Assembly: GCF_964204645.1 (NCBI RefSeq)
Contig: NC_134025.1
Coordinates: 25,462,299-25,526,298, forward strand
Reading direction: 5' to 3'
Source: Tubulanus polymorphus
Taxonomy: Eukaryota; Animalia; Nemertea
DNA length: 64,000 bases
The notes under the pieces are model-generated. The model saw only the letters and a list, made by a program, of their open reading frames with translations. It did not search any database and had not been told where the DNA came from. Within the stretch, counting starts at the first letter, position 1. Each line of letters starts with the position of its first letter. A program made the position numbers and the translations under genes. Shown here piece by piece: positions 47,193 to 62,980 of the stretch.

Positions 47193-47887
47193 ATGGCTGA
47201 CCAAGCATCTAGCAAAGCCCCAGACGCTGAGCTGAAAGCAGGTCATGCACCCGCTGGTAAGATAAACCACATCAAATTTATCTTCATTTTTTACTAACTA
47301 CTGCTCCAGACCAGAGCTCGCTTGCCAGTTCTGGTTTAATTTCTCATGATCTTTGGCATTGTCTAAATAATTTTCCAGTGAAGGCTGGAGGAATGCGAGT
47401 TGCTAGACACCATGTTAAATCTAGTCAAGAACCTCCCAAACCACCGACTGAAGAGGAACAAGAAGAATTTGGACTGCCGTAAGTTTTATACTATGAATCT
47501 GATCGGGGTAATTTTCTGTGACCAGCCCTCTAGCTGTCTCCAGGGGAAGCAGTTTCACAAGAAAGAAAATATACTTATATGAATATTTCATCTTTTTGCA
47601 TGTATTGCAGACCTAATGAGGATATGCATAAACAGAAATTAGTGATAGCAGGATCTGTAACTAAGGTAACGATGTGTTTTGTATCTTATCTAATTGAATT
47701 ACTGATGCATTAAATGATGAGTGATATTTATAAATTCTGTTCTTGTTAATCATTGTTGTAGGGAGATAAAGATTTTCCACCAGCTGCGGTAAAAGCCTAT
47801 CACGAGAAACCTCAACCGACGCATGATAATAAACCGCACAACGCGCAACGCCATCACGTCATCCATCAACCATCCGGAAAAATGTGA
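47193..47887 (+). CDS. DAP: Death-associated protein 1
   Basis: Exons 47193-47256, 47379-47478, 47611-47665 and 47762-47887 give ELKAGHAPAVKAGGMRV...IAGSVTKGDKDFPPAAVKAYHEKPQPTHD...HVIHQP. Confidence 0.93.
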
Positions 47888-50690
47888 ACGTCGTTGAAAT
47901 CTACGTATATGAATGAGTTGCTGGACTTGTAATTGATTTTCAGTAATTGTTTGGTAATTGGGGGTATCATTAATATATTGGATAGCAAAAGATATTGAGA
48001 GCGCGGTGCGCTCTGTTAAATCGGAAATCAAAATCAACAATTTGATTACGCAAAATGACAAATAGCTATTGAACATTGGGTTTTGGTGTTTGTTGAGTTA
48101 TCTATTATTTAAAAAGTCTACATTATTAGAAGTGTATAATATGATCTTTTTGGTGCCATATTGGATTTGTGCTCATTTCTGTCCACATGTTTCGAAGCGT
48201 TTTACCATTTATTCCATGTGTTTCGATCGAGACGCTTAACAAATTGTTTCTGCGTACAAATGTAGTGTTGTACATGTATGAATTCAATCTATGAAAAATC
48301 ATTTTAGGAATTTCTTGTATTTTTCGCATCATTTGGCTTAACAAGATAGATTTGTGCTATGTATTTTGTCTTGGATATCATTTATTTTAGAATAAGTGTA
48401 TCAATGTAATTAAGCGTTTGAATATAAGAAATTGTGTCATTAACTGAAATGAATAATCATGATAAACTTCATGAAACAAGCTTCTGATATTTTCATGAAT
48501 AAAAATTTGCTGTTGTGACGAAATGCTCTCAGAAAGCAGGTAGCTGTTTCAAATTCTTAATTATTGTCACCTTTTGGTTGTATTTTCTCCCAATATTTGT
48601 CCTATTTAGTTCAATTTCTCAGGTTTTTCCCCGAAGAGGTCTTGGCTGAAGCTGTCTTAGTAATAGGCAAACGGACTTAAACATCTGAGAGTAGGTTCAA
48701 AATGGAATAGACATCGGATACGATGTAACTATTTTAATAATAGGAAGTATCTTAACTTGGTGAAGGGATTTGTGTTATATCGTAATTAAATTGACACTCA
48801 ATATTTGAATACAAGATCATAATTTTCACTAAACGGGATAATTTGTATTGAATATCAATGAAGATCTACGTCAATAATATAATGATGCATTTATTCGGTA
48901 ATGGATTTGGCCATGCTGCTTAGTTGTAGATTATTTGTTTAGGGTACCTCCTGAATTGGCCTTTGATGTTTTATTTTTGCCCTCACTACAGCTCTTTCAA
49001 AAAATTTTTAACGCGACCATTTTATGAAATACAGATGAATATTGGAAGAATTAATCAACCATTAAACCGGCATTCTACATGCTCTCTTTTACAGCGACCA
49101 TTCTTGATGCATTCTGTGAATAAGAATCATGTTTCAATATATGAATGTGATTTTCTAATATTTAATAAAATTAAACAAAAATAATATGTAAAACGCCTTT
49201 ATTTCTTTAGTTTATGTCAAATATTCTTGACTGTTCTATTGAGCTAGTTCTGACTTTTTGCATTCTTCAGGGTTTGTTTTATTAAACCAGTTCAGGTACA
49301 ATTTCTTTCCAACAAAAGATTAAGTGCAGATCCATTATCTCTGAACTGAATTTGACCAATTTTTATGACCTAAATAATATGAATGATGTCACATTTTAAA
49401 CTGACTTCATGGTATTATTTTCTTCAAGTATCTGTTCATAAACTCGAACAACCCTTCTTGAATTGTGTAATTCGCTTTGAGAATATCAGTTATCTAATTT
49501 TTCACAATACAACAAAAAATTCCACGAAACCTGTGCGCACTTGCCTAAAGTTCAGAGCAAAAAATAAGACTACGCCGATTTTTGAATTATAAAAAGTTGC
49601 TTATATTTACAAAACAGTACATTTGTAATAACAAGTACAAGAGTTTGTATTTAACAACATTTGGCATGTGTATCCAAGGTTATGCAATCGAAAATTATGC
49701 ATCGCATTTAAGACGAGACATACATTGGGTTTTTTTGTTGTAAATTTGATTTATGATTTCAGAGCATCTATCAAAGCATTGTTGCAAGCAAAATGTATTT
49801 CTAGTACCATCGATATAACAACAATCAAAACATTCAACTAAATCAGGAGAATTGAAATTTAAAGCAACCAAGAGCTACAAATAATAATAATAATAATCAA
49901 TATGAATGAGTCGCACTCACATAAATATAATTAAATATATTTGGCATCTAGATTAAAATATAATCTATACTCAAACATTAAATCATGAATGATCGAATTC
50001 CTGGTAATTTAGCGAAATATTTTACAAATGCAATCTTATTATAGTAGATACATGATACAAATCGTGAATTATATTTGTGAAAATTTCATCTACATGTAAA
50101 ACACGAAACTACACAGAGATCCTACAGAAAGTCATAGAATCAATTTACGAAACCCATTATCAAATCCAAGGAGGTCTTGTACTATCAAAGCCATTAAACT
50201 TTAAACAGAGTTTCAACACAATTACCAAACCTTAATATAGCTTCGTACCATGCACTTAGCATTTACATCTTTTACCCCAATAGTAATAAAATATTTCAAG
50301 TAATAACTAACTGATTAAGTAGCAAGAGTTAAAACTGTTATCGCATTACACTAGAACTGGACAAATATGATTATTGATTAAACATTCAATTTACCATATT
50401 ACTTATTCCCATTAAAATTATAACCACTAATTTGTGAACATGCACAAGGAAATATTTATGGTAAACCATTAGAGTAAAAGCACTATGAGATGGGCAGAGG
50501 TTGGACGAATTTCCTATGATATATTCAATACATTAGTTTTCACTGATAAGGATTATGAGGAGTGTAGTATGCTATTTCATTGTTATGATGTAAATCTAGA
50601 ATTGTTGCATAAGTTTTGCAAAATCTTCCGTGTAACAAAAAGCAGTTGTGAATGAATATTTCACATGTATACTTGAACATCAAAACATAC

Positions 50691-50820
<130 letters not shown>

Positions 50821-53320
50821 AATATTTCTGTGAACATATTTTCATGTCACAATTCATGGTGTCCTGTGACACGGCCGACAAACAGCCTGTGTGCTTACAT
50901 ACGTATAAATAATCATACAACATGTTGCAACTTTTTATTGCAGGTGCTCAAATGAACAAGAACCATAATAATTTCACATCAAAATTATGAGAGAAAATAC
51001 TTAACAATTCAATAAACCGGAAATCTGTCCGAAAGAAGTTTCCGCATGTAACTGATAATATTCTCAAAAAATAGAATATAAACCTAGCTACACATACATT
51101 ATATACGTACAGATTCAGTGTAGAGTACGTTCCTAAATAAACACATTTTCAACACATGTCACATTCCTATCACCCTCCTATGATTCCAATTCTTAAAGGA
51201 CGGCCTTATAGGGGACTATTTTCTATATGACTGCATCGTAAAAGTACATGATCACAGTTTACAATAGATAAATATTTATGGATAAAATAAGACATCCTTT
51301 TCAATCATAACATCCTTCATTAATTTTGAATATTCTCATATCTAATTTTCAATTAATTTGTTCAGCAATTTGAGATTAACTAGGGGTAGGTTCCATCGAC
51401 CAGAGTATGAAATTAACACCCGGGGATCCCACACTTATCCTAATGGCCAGGCGCTATTCAAGAAAGTTTACAAAACTGGCTCCCGATTGACAATAACTAA
51501 TTAAAACGCTATCTAAACCATAAATGCATGAAAAGAAATCCTACTACTGAACCATTTCTCTATCAACTATCAACTCCTATCTGGACATGAAAATTTACTC
51601 ATTTCTTTTGTAGATCACGTGTACCAAGATCTTTTCAAAGAGCACAGTTACTGTATCAATAATTACAATTTTCAATATTCTATACGGTTTGGGGCTTAAT
51701 TGTAAATGGCCACTTGTGGCATGGAATGTTCAGAAGGATGGACGGACTAGACAAACCAGCGAATATGTTTATACCGTATTTACCAAGTTTTTCTTCTTAA
51801 TTAAAGCGCAATGACATTTTTAACAGCTACCGAACTGGATTATATAACTAAGGTTGAAGCTAGATTACTGTAATTAAAATGATGTATGAAGATTAAGATA
51901 TGGTACATATTAAAATTTCGTACGTCAATATATATTTCAAAACTATATCAACTCATATATAAAATATCCTGATGAACTGATTAAAACCAGATAAATATAT
52001 TCAGAGCACATATTGATAATACCTATCTACCTTAGAATAATAATATACATCACTCATAACAATTTTTGCTGGAAATAGGAAAACAGGTCATATTCATATA
52101 CGTAAATTTATTTGGCAAATTTTCCCCTTTTAAAATCTATAGTTATATAAATACCGGCATGCATGTCTGTCAATTTTCAAAACGCGGGTTCTCACTAGAA
52201 ATTCATTTATCTAGGTATCCAGATGTTTTCATCTCGTTAAAACTTTTTTTGAAGTCATGATTCAGCATTCACATAATATTGCACCTAATCTTCAACAAAA
52301 ATCAAAACCTCGAATAAACAATATAATCATCAAACAATATTATTATGAATCGCACTCTAAACAGAGAATCGACAACTATCTATCCATGACTTAGAACCAC
52401 GTGAGCTACAAATATCATAATATTCACCAATAAGTTAGTTAATCAATATTTAACAAATAAGTAATTAATAAATTATTCAACAATACTTCCACAATACCGA
52501 ATAGTCTACAAATTAACATGCAAATTATTTACACATTTTACGCGGAGGCTTCGTGCTGCGAAATCTACTTTCTTTTTAACATGATTTGATTGACGAGATC
52601 CGCGATGAAATGATCAATTTATATGTTTTGGCCAAAAATATACATCTATTAAGTGGAAATTGCAAAATAAATGGGAATTTTATTCACAAAGGAAAACAAA
52701 CCAGAAGAGGTAATATTTTGAGTTCAGATTTCACGAAAAATTGAAAGCTAAGCAACAAGAAAACATGCATGAAACTAGAATGTAAAGTACATTCTTTGTA
52801 CATGAATTCTGAAACAGAAATAGCCGAACTAAAAATATATGATATCTGCAAGATTATCCTCCGGTAGAATTTGTTCTGAAATGAGCAAGTGAACAAAATC
52901 GTTTCATTCATAACAGAGAATTTTTGCATCAATTGCATATCAAGAGACAAAACGATTCTCGTTCCAACAGCTTCCCCGAATGTACACGAATGTCGAACCG
53001 ATACAGGCAATCGACTGAAACAGACACCAATGGAATGTAATTCTGCCTCACGAGAAGTCACAGCAGATATTAGTAAGAATATTCATAAACAATGACCTGC
53101 ATTCACGCTTGCGATACGAAGTGTATGTCTCTTTAAATCCTCATATTTCCCACCCGAAAATCAAACTTGTAATGCAGCACCGAGTTCAACGGACAGCAGG
53201 ACGTATTTTAACTGTAACGCATGGCAATTGCATTACATTGTTTTGCTTTGTTTTGTGCATAGACCAATTTCCAGCATTTCCCGAAATGATGGATTAATAA
53301 GCCTAACATTCACCGCCCAT

Positions 53321-56300
53321 TTATGTAAACTCGTTGCAAAATCGGTGACACAAAAGTTGCTCCGTGGTTGGTCGCTCGTGAGCGGATTTGATAAAAGTCA
53401 ACTGTAAGAAAGCTTTAGCAATATCCGACACGTAGTCCGGTAATGTATATTTAGGGTGGTCGGCTGTAGCTATCTTGAATATTGCTGCCATGGCTTCGAA
53501 ATCGGCCCAAGGTGGAGATTTTGTCAGCATTTCAACCACTGTACAACCCAGGCTCCTAAAAAATGAAATTTACAGATAATCGTCTAGACAACCATAAATT
53601 GAATAATCCAATTTCCCAGTTATGGAATGAATAGAATAATACCCTTAGAGCTAAAACATTGAAGGATATAGATTTATTTTGAAATCAGAGTCGAATTCCG
53701 AATTGAAACTGCGACTTCAAAAATTTACTATCTACTAAGATTACTACACCAAATTCTCAATGAAAGTCGGGCAGAGTTGAGTTTCACTTACCATACATCA
53801 GCTTTTCGTCCATAACCTTCACCACCAATTACTTCAGGTGACATATAATACGGAGTGCCAGTTACTGATTTAATATTACTGGATGTGCAGATCGTGTGTA
53901 ATCGTTTGGAAGCCCCGAAATCACCTAATTTTACATTGCCTGATGAATCACGTAGAATATTTGCACCTGAAAAATAAACAAGGTTTATGCATGATGTAAC
54001 CCGTAGTAATACTAATAGCATACGATTTCTAAAACTAATACGACAAAATAACCTTTTATATCTCTATGTACAATCATGTGTTTATGTAGATAAACGATTC
54101 CTTGTAAAACTTGGGAAGTATATTTTCGAGTAACGTTTTCAGTTAGAGCACCGTAACTTTGGAGTTCATCTTTCACAGAACCCTGTTTAAATCAAAAATA
54201 TGACTCATAATTAAGGACTGTCACTGCACATCTCAGGGAAAAACTTATCAACGAGTAGTACTTACTCCAGGCATGTACTCCATGAATATTGACAAGTAGC
54301 TTTTGTCACTTTGGGTTCCAAAATACTGCACAATACGCTCATGTTGTAAATTTTTTAGAAGCTGAATTTCTGACTCAAGGGCACGAACTTCCTATAAATT
54401 TATTCATTCGAAAGATTATGTAATGTATACCGCAACAAAATCTGGATTTTCATATTCAAGAGAACGTCAATTGAGTTGAATACATCGACGTCAGACTAAC
54501 CTTCGAAATATCTGCACTCATCGCACCTATAGCAACTTGTTTAACACCCAGTTCTCGGCCAGAATCCACATCGTAACAAAGGAATACTTGACCAAATGCA
54601 CCAGCGCCAAGCAATTTACCTTTCTTCCAGTTGACGGGAGCACGCGGGGCTAGAATTACAAGATTACCACAATGATTGTTACGACCATGTTTACCACGTA
54701 CACATATCAATTCTGCAACCACCAGTTATGCCGATGCTTACTTTCTTTTTTCCTTCGCCCGTCGGGAGAATCAAAATCTTGTGCAAGGCCACTACTACTG
54801 CTACTAGTACTGAGCGAACGCTCACTTCCGACTGTAGGGCTGTAAAATGTCCCTTGCTCTAGATTACGACCCCAACCTCTTGGAAATGTTTTGCTACCTG
54901 TTCAATAGAAAAATATGCAGAACTGAAACTAAACTATTCATACAATAGTCTGCAATGAGGTTAAAAAGTGCGAGTAGGTGGTTTCTCGCATTGCATATAA
55001 AGAAAATTCAATGATTATGGACGGACTAAAATCATCAAAAATATAAAGAGGTGTCATTACAGTATGCATTTTTTACAATATTCAACAACTATATAATATA
55101 GAACATTGTTACATCAACAACTAACTACAGAACATAATTCGAATTAGGTGAACACATAAATGAATCAAATTAATAAACACAAGAAAACTACGCAATCCGA
55201 TGATATGATTAGAAATAAATTCAAATGAATAGATAAATCATGAGTGCAGATTGATACCTTCACGATCTTTAGTTGTAGTTGGACGAAGTCTGGTCGGATA
55301 AGTACCACCTTTACTGTATTCACGTTCTTGAGCTACAATTCAGAACATCAAACATGCGCTGCAACATTCTATAATAAGCTTTGTGGAGTAACTTGTGTGT
55401 ATCAATGACATTTATGATGAATTCACATTCAGAACAGAGTGTATCATGCGTTTCAGACATCATCGGTAAATTCACTTGTTGGATAGAAATCTACCGATGA
55501 AACGTTTATCAAGTGTGAAAACTGTAAAAGGTGCATAACATCGAAGAACATCTTTCTGTCTTAATTCACACACAGAATTTTATGACTACATTATTGATAC
55601 ACCGATGGCCTGGATTTTTCAAAGCACGAAAGTTCTCATTAATTCAGATAGTGACCTGAATCAGAAATATGAAGTTTTACGCAAATACCTTTCGGATCCT
55701 CATACGCCGTATCTGATGTAGCACTTCGCCCTGAATTTTTACGTCTCATCGGATATGTATCACCTCTGAAAGAGAATATCAAGAAACGTATCGTCCCAGT
55801 CCCTGTTCAAGATCGATATTTGAATCGTTGAAGCAATTGAGAAATATAGAACGTTGTTGTCAGATTTCGGGACTTACAAATTGCTCACGTAGCTGCTATC
55901 GAGAGAATTTCTACTGCCAGATAGAGAACTATCGTTGGAATCAGCCAGAGGATGATCATTATGAGATCGAACCTGAAATATTGAATAGATACGTATTCGC
56001 AATGAAAATGAGAAAATTGGTAAGAATTGGTAAGAAAGCAGTCAAGTCTTAACTATTAATAAGTTTGTAGGTCATATCTTTACAACAGAGAGGCCTGTGT
56101 CATTTTTATGATTGGATTTGTTAAATGCAAAGATTGGGATAAGTTTGACTTACTGTTTCTGAATGTTCAGGAATGAATTCACCTTCGCTTGTTGTGAACG
56201 AACTACTTGGGCACAAGTGCCCCTCTTCATGGGCGGGTATTGAGCCCGGAGGGGGAGAATAACGATCATGAGTCGTTCCGATTGACCTGCCTTCATACTG

Positions 56301-57457
56301 TAAAACAGCAATCAAATACATTCCATAATTTTCTAACCATTTAGCATAGAATGCATCATATGACCAGATTTACTACAGATTTGCAGCATCTTCAAGTGAC
56401 TGTTCACCACCCTAGTTAAACTTATTTGAATATAAAGGAATTCTTTCTGTTTCTGTTGTCTTCTCCATCACACACACATACACATGAGCAGAATTTGATG
56501 CACACTTGCATACATATTTTTTGGCTAGTACATGGAGCCTTTAAACACTGATTCATGTTAACCACAGTTTATACTATAGCATCAACGTTTAAACTTTGAA
56601 GACATCAATAAACCACCTTTTGTGCAACTGGCCTACAATTTTTTGGGTCAACTTACCGTTGTACTGAAGAGTTCACCTAATTTTCCAGGAGGTGTGGGTG
56701 AATTATTCGAGTTTACCTCATCACGACTCAAATGAATGCGCAAGCTTCTCTTGTGATCCCCCTTTTCCCACAAATTAACAGCCTGCTCTAATTCATGCTG
56801 GCCTTTTATAGGAATGTAACACTGAAAAATACAGTTAAAAATACAGAGAATGTTGATCATTTTATCTGCCGAAAGATTGATTTTGATAATCGATTTGTCT
56901 ATGGAACCTACCTCGCCATCAGATATGGTATAATGCATCCCTAGCGCAGATCCATAGTACTGCTTCACTTTACTCAATAACTCATCATATTTGACTGGCA
57001 CAGGTACTTGTATGATTCTGTTTATAAATAGAAAATTTCACATTTTCATGGTTATTTCATATTTTCATGGTTCAAGTCAGTTCTGCGTTTAAAAATCACT
57101 ACATTTTCATGTTATATCATACCTCCTTTCTTCCAAATATTCACATTTAATTCGCATTTCATTCTGAAACAGAAATAAATTCTGAACACATATTGTAACA
57201 ACGTGTCAAAATATATGATCAAAATGGAATGATCAAAACTTACGTGGATCCCATGACCAACTTCTTTATTTCTTCGATGACCCCCGGCTTGACGGAGACC
57301 TTTGGTTAGTCCATCCTTTATATCATTCCAAACTTCAATATCAGGAGGATCTAAGGTACAGAATTTGTCGATATATTCATAGTTATTTTCTTATTAACAG
57401 TAATCAAGTTATTCAAGCTAGATGGTGAATTATGTACGAAATAATTTGCTTACCCAT
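53321..57457 (-). CDS. MAP3K2/3: Mitogen-activated protein kinase kinase kinase 2/3 (MEKK2/3)
   Basis: PB1 domain (MRIKCEY.EERR...PVKYDEL...IPIK.Q.EL..AV) and SPPPG motif. Kinase: [94 protein letters not shown] at 57457-57454 then intron; 5' UTR exon near 57880-58000. Confidence 0.93.
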
Positions 57458-59469
57458 TTTAGATTTCACACTTTGAGTAAACAGCCATTTGTTATATTAA
57501 TATCATTCTTCACACGACGCAATTCCTGCGTGAAAAATATGACCGAATTGAACTAATGATGTACACAACATATTAACGAGCCACATGGAGTAAACTAAAA
57601 CAAGCATACTTCGCTTTGGCATTTACATACAGATTCAAATGAGCCTCACAAGCATATCCTCGACTATTACCACATACAAAATGAAAAGATTTGAAGAGGC
57701 ATCTAATATCAAGAGTATTCTAAGTACTGTAACGATATACTCAGTTGACGGACAAGATAGCTCTTCAAAAATGGCAGGATTTGGAAGTGTGAAAAAATTG
57801 TCTATCTTGCAAGAATTCGAAGCGATATAAAAGATATCGGCAACAGCTTTAATTAGAAATTGACGCCATGCATGACTTACCTTCAAGTAAAGATCGAAAA
57901 TATCAGCTGCGACATGATAACAACGACCAAAAATGGAAAATAAATTGATTATTTTTACACCAAAAAGTGTGACAACTACGCCATGTCATTCACTTCTCGA
58001 TCAACGGCGATGATAAGCGAGTGGCGTTTAAGTGCACCGTGCCTGTCGCGTCGAGCAGATTGCAATCAAGTAACCGATAAAGTTCAAACTTTTTACCGGT
58101 TCGTCCATACTTATGTATGAGGCATTTAGGATTTAAAATAATACAACATTACTACAACTCAATCAGTAAATACTTTTTTAAATCGAGGATAACTGTAAAA
58201 CTAGGTTTTAGACAGAGACCATAAATTTCTGTCATTTATCCTTTCGTTATCAGATTATTTGAGTATAGAAAAGATAAACTTGTAACTGGTACGATCACAC
58301 GTATACTTGGCTTTTGGAAATTTGATATTGCATCATATTACACTTTTTAGAAAAAATAAGATAATCTTAATATTTTTAGATATTTAGAAAGATATAGCTC
58401 CTTGAAATAAAAGCACAAAAAATTGTTTGCTAACTATTTGTTATCAATGAACGTTTCATGTTATGGTTTTACAGAATGCGCAACTCAGAAATAAACACCT
58501 CGAACCCGAAACAATGGCTCGTGCTATCTAAGCTGTCACGCATCAATTGCATAGTTAACTGGAACTATAACACCTATTCGATACGCACCGGACTATTCAG
58601 TCGAATGTATTGATAAGGTAACATTCCGCAATTATCTCATTTATTGCCAAAATACTTAAACGCCGCTTTAGGTTCGACGACTCGTCGAATAGTCTGAATG
58701 GAAATCGTTAAGCAGTTTTATATACTTACACACTATTTGTACTCCAAGTGTGAAAACAAATAAATGTTTAATGAATTAGTTCATTTTTTTAGGTTTTTAT
58801 TTCAAACGAGCCCTCACACTCCACTTTAATTGTATATAGACCTAGCCTAGATATGATTGAATTTATTTTTTCATTATGCTATTTGCTATTGTGTAATTGT
58901 TGATGACATCGTTGTTAAAGACAAAGTAGCGTACACTACAGAGGAGAGAGAGGATAAAATTGCGTACTAAATTGTCTTAAATTGGCTGCTCTCCCTCCCT
59001 CCAGCATTTTGAAATCAGCATTGATATTGATAAGTGACTTAAATAGCGATTTACTATTTTCATCAAAACATATCATTTTTGGGCTTGAATTAACTGCCTC
59101 TAGTCTAGAAATGTTCTGCATGCACTGCTGCCACATGAATTGAAACCCGGAGACTATTACAATGGTTTGGACGTCTTAAAACTAGCTTCACAACTCCTCA
59201 TTGGGCACAATTGTTTTCATCCTCCATCAGTTGCAGAATTATGTTTCACCTTATTGCTATATTTTAACACCCCTGCTGATTTCAATCACAGACACTTCAA
59301 CTTCCTTGGGACCAATTTAGATTTATCGATTTAGCTAGGCTGTGTAGGCAGCATGATAGTTTTAATACACTAGTGAATATAAGTAGCGACTGTAATTATA
59401 TGCAATCTAGCTTGTGTCAAGTGTTAATAATTAATCCAATTCTATGGTGTATTCATTTCTCCATATTCT

Positions 59470-59915
59470 AAGTTCAGTTTGTTCTGATTATCCTACAATT
59501 AGCCAATTTGCTTTTATCATAGAAAAATACAAAAAACCATTTAGATGTAGAAATGAATGGCATTTATCTGAAGTAAAATGATATTTATGTAGTAGGCTTG
59601 AGTTTCATCCATGTATTCAAATTGAATTCATGGCATTTAGTTCAACTGTTTTGTTTTGGGTTAGGATTTGACTCAAGGGCTGTAGACCTTAATAGTTGGA
59701 CGACCCAAACCATGGATGTTTATGCCCAAACTAGGCTAAACTAAGTTTGTTCTATCCTACAATGCTTTTTATTACAGAAAAGTAGTTGTTATAGAAATGC
59801 ATGTCATTCATCTGAAGTAAAAATGATTTTTTGATTGTAGGCTTGAAATTCCCATTTCGATTAATTCATGGCATTCAGTTCTACCGTTGTGGCTCAGGAT
59901 TTGACTCTAGGGCCC
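59470..59915. repeat. Diverged direct duplication of ~200 bp
   Basis: GTTTGTTCT..ATCCTACAAT...TAGAAATG.ATG.CATT.ATCTGAAGTAAAA...GTAGGCTTGA...AATTCATGGCATT.AGTTC...AGGATTTGACTC.AGGGC occurs at ~59477-59680 and ~59745-59912. Confidence 0.75.
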
Positions 59916-62900
59916 TAGAATTGAATTATAAGATTAAAACTTAAACTCATATGGAATCTGTAGCATAGATCCCTTCATATTTGTCACTATAACATTACTC
60001 TTTTTGCTAGATGTACATATAATGTTATATTCCCCATATTTACTTTGCGTGAGTGGCTGCTTCATTGATTTGTTACAGGTTTTTCCTACAGTTATAAGAA
60101 GCAATGCCATGTGTATTTTATATGCATTCGTGTTGTTATTGCGAACGAATGGATGGAATTCCGCTATTAGATTAGACAACATTCGAAAGCTATTTGTCTC
60201 GTAATAGCTGTGATATATGAAAAATCAATCCATGATCCCAATCCAGGGCTGTAATTGATGATAGCATACGATGAAATCGGCGATTCCAATAAAAAAGTAA
60301 TTTTCACGAGGAGTGTTTAGTCAGACAGACTCTAATAATGGTAATAACAGATTTTTATTGGCGTTATAAGAGAGTGTTCAACTTCAAGTATCTAAGAATA
60401 TAATGGTAGTCTGAATCCATATGTCCTGAAATTCGCGTCAGGTTTTATGAGTAATAGAATAAGTCACGAAGATGAATGTAAATTTTGCCGATTCCTCGCT
60501 ATTATCACGTCTGTCTGGACTGACGGAGATTATGATTCAGCATCTGGGGAGCTTTATGTTACATCGGTAGTCGAGGTATTTATAGAGACAAAAATGAAAG
60601 CAACGAGAAAAGACAACTTTTGTCCCGCCTGGATCCAGTTCTACAGTTGCGAGAGTTCGATGAGTTAACTCCGGTTCCTGATTCATGATATTTTTGTTTT
60701 ACGGAATGTTCGAAAACTGGAGTAAATTCATTACGGTCGGCGCAAGGATTACGTGAACTTTGATATTCACGGAATATACAGTTTATTTATATTTAGTAGT
60801 TGCCTCTCATCACTGCGTAATAACTTCATCCTAGTTATGTCTACTACAGTAGATATATCGGGTTACGTAACTCATTACGAATAAAATATTCTGAAAAAGC
60901 CACTTCAAACAATTCATCCTCCGCAACAAACGCTTTACATCAAGGATACGCTTTTGATAAAGGTACATAATTATTTAGAATTCAGGTAGGATCGGTAGCC
61001 TGTATCCTGTATGAGTCTATATAGTATCATACAAGGTTAGGATTTTGTTTACCGGTACAACACATTCTCTACTGCAGGCCTTATTGCATTACCGGCTTCT
61101 TTACTCGGCGAGGATTTGTTGTATAACATGTTTATGAAAGTCAGAATCGGGATAAGTTTTCCTCTCTCTCTCTCTCGACAACACAACACAACACCCGCGC
61201 GACCGGGGGATGAGCGTATCTACTTTTCAGTTTGCTGTGAAGTACAGAAGTTTTATTACAAATGTTTCTCTTTCGACGGCGCGGCTGAAAAATAAGTAAA
61301 TCACTCGCGCGTAGTAAGCGTTAAGCTTGTTTACAATATACTTACAAAATCTATCCTCGCGGTATGCGGATTTCTCCTGCGAGATATTACTATTTCTCAC
61401 GAAAAACTGTTTCAATAGTCACCTTTTCGTTCATACTGGTAATTAATACGCGGTGTAATATCAGATTTTTGTCGGAGTATTATTTATTCTTCGGCAGCTC
61501 ATATTATTCATTAATCTATTTATAAGTTTAAGTAGTGTACTTAAAAAACCCCTTTAGATCAATTAATAGGAAGAATGTCGCCGATATTTTATCCCTATGC
61601 AATGATCGTTAGTTAATTAAGTGTAGAGCTGTGTTTGACAGCGGAGCCTGGTTATAGCGACGTTATTTATCATTTAAGGAAACATGTTTTAGCTTTGATT
61701 TATGCCAAGAAGAATGTCTTTCTCCCACAAGGTCTCACTTACTCTACCGCCAACTGTCAAAGCTCTCAATAATCCACGTTACAATCTTTATCTAGCCTGC
61801 AGAGAAAATCAGGCCAGGGTATTATTTATTTCCTTGCGTTTTTCTTTCGGAATGTGGATTTTCTTGTTTTCTATTATGTTCACTCGATCGTATTGATTCG
61901 GCATTGTGGCTTTCCGTGAGAAATAGGGAAATGTACTTTTCGAATAAGATCTTTTTGTTGAAAACGAAGAGAAAAAGTGTGAGAATGAATGTTGACGATT
62001 TTGTAAAATTGGTTCTAATACTCTAAATAATTAGTTTTTGTTATGGAAACACTTGTCTATGAAAAATAGTGCATAATATCCAGAACTTTAGTGAACTGGT
62101 TGAGAATTTCATAGATTTATGCCCCTTATCCTAGTTTGGAATCCAAAACTATGATCAACTGCCACATTTTCAAATTCTAATCTCTGGAATCTCTAATCTC
62201 TGTTCGAATTAAACTCTTTTTATCTTAAAATGTTGATGTATTGGATGTTTCAGGTATGGTGCTAATATGGACTCGCTGGATATACCTACAGCAATGTAAA
62301 TCTTGATTGCTCCAATCTAAAACTATATTTTTGGTAAGTTACCCTTTTTGATTCATCCAGAGTTGTGAAACAAAAAAACAAAACTGCCAGAGCAAATTTG
62401 AGGGCTGGTTTCAGACAGCAAAGCATGATTTTGTTCGGGAAACTTGGCCTATGGAGGAAGCGATTGACGGTCATGTCAGAAATATTTACTGATCAGCTTT
62501 TAGAGATTAGTATCTATTTTGATATGAATGTTTACTCAAATGGTCTTAAGTTGCATCTATTGTCCTCTGGGTGGAGACCTACAGCAATATGATTAAATCC
62601 AGGTTGCTGTCAGATATGCGTATACGGTATTGAGTTGTATGTTAATATGTTTCGCTGATATGAAGTCAGATGTTTTAACCTGAATGTCGGTCGCCCATAA
62701 TATGAAGTATATGAAATATAATTAGTTGATGGAAGATTACACAATCCATCCGTTTTCAATATGGTGCCATGCTATAGTATGACCATCAATTCAATCTATC
62801 TAGAGCTCTATCTATGTAAAGTCGTCTCTGCCTTGCGCTGGGATCAATTTAGTTACAATTACGGGTATACTGTGAAAGTAAAACGGCGCTAGTTCTATGG

Positions 62901-62980
62901 ATTCTAATCTGTTTATATCAATACATCCATTTTCATCGTGGATAGTGTTCATTCTGTTTTCGATCTTTTAAGGCTGAAAG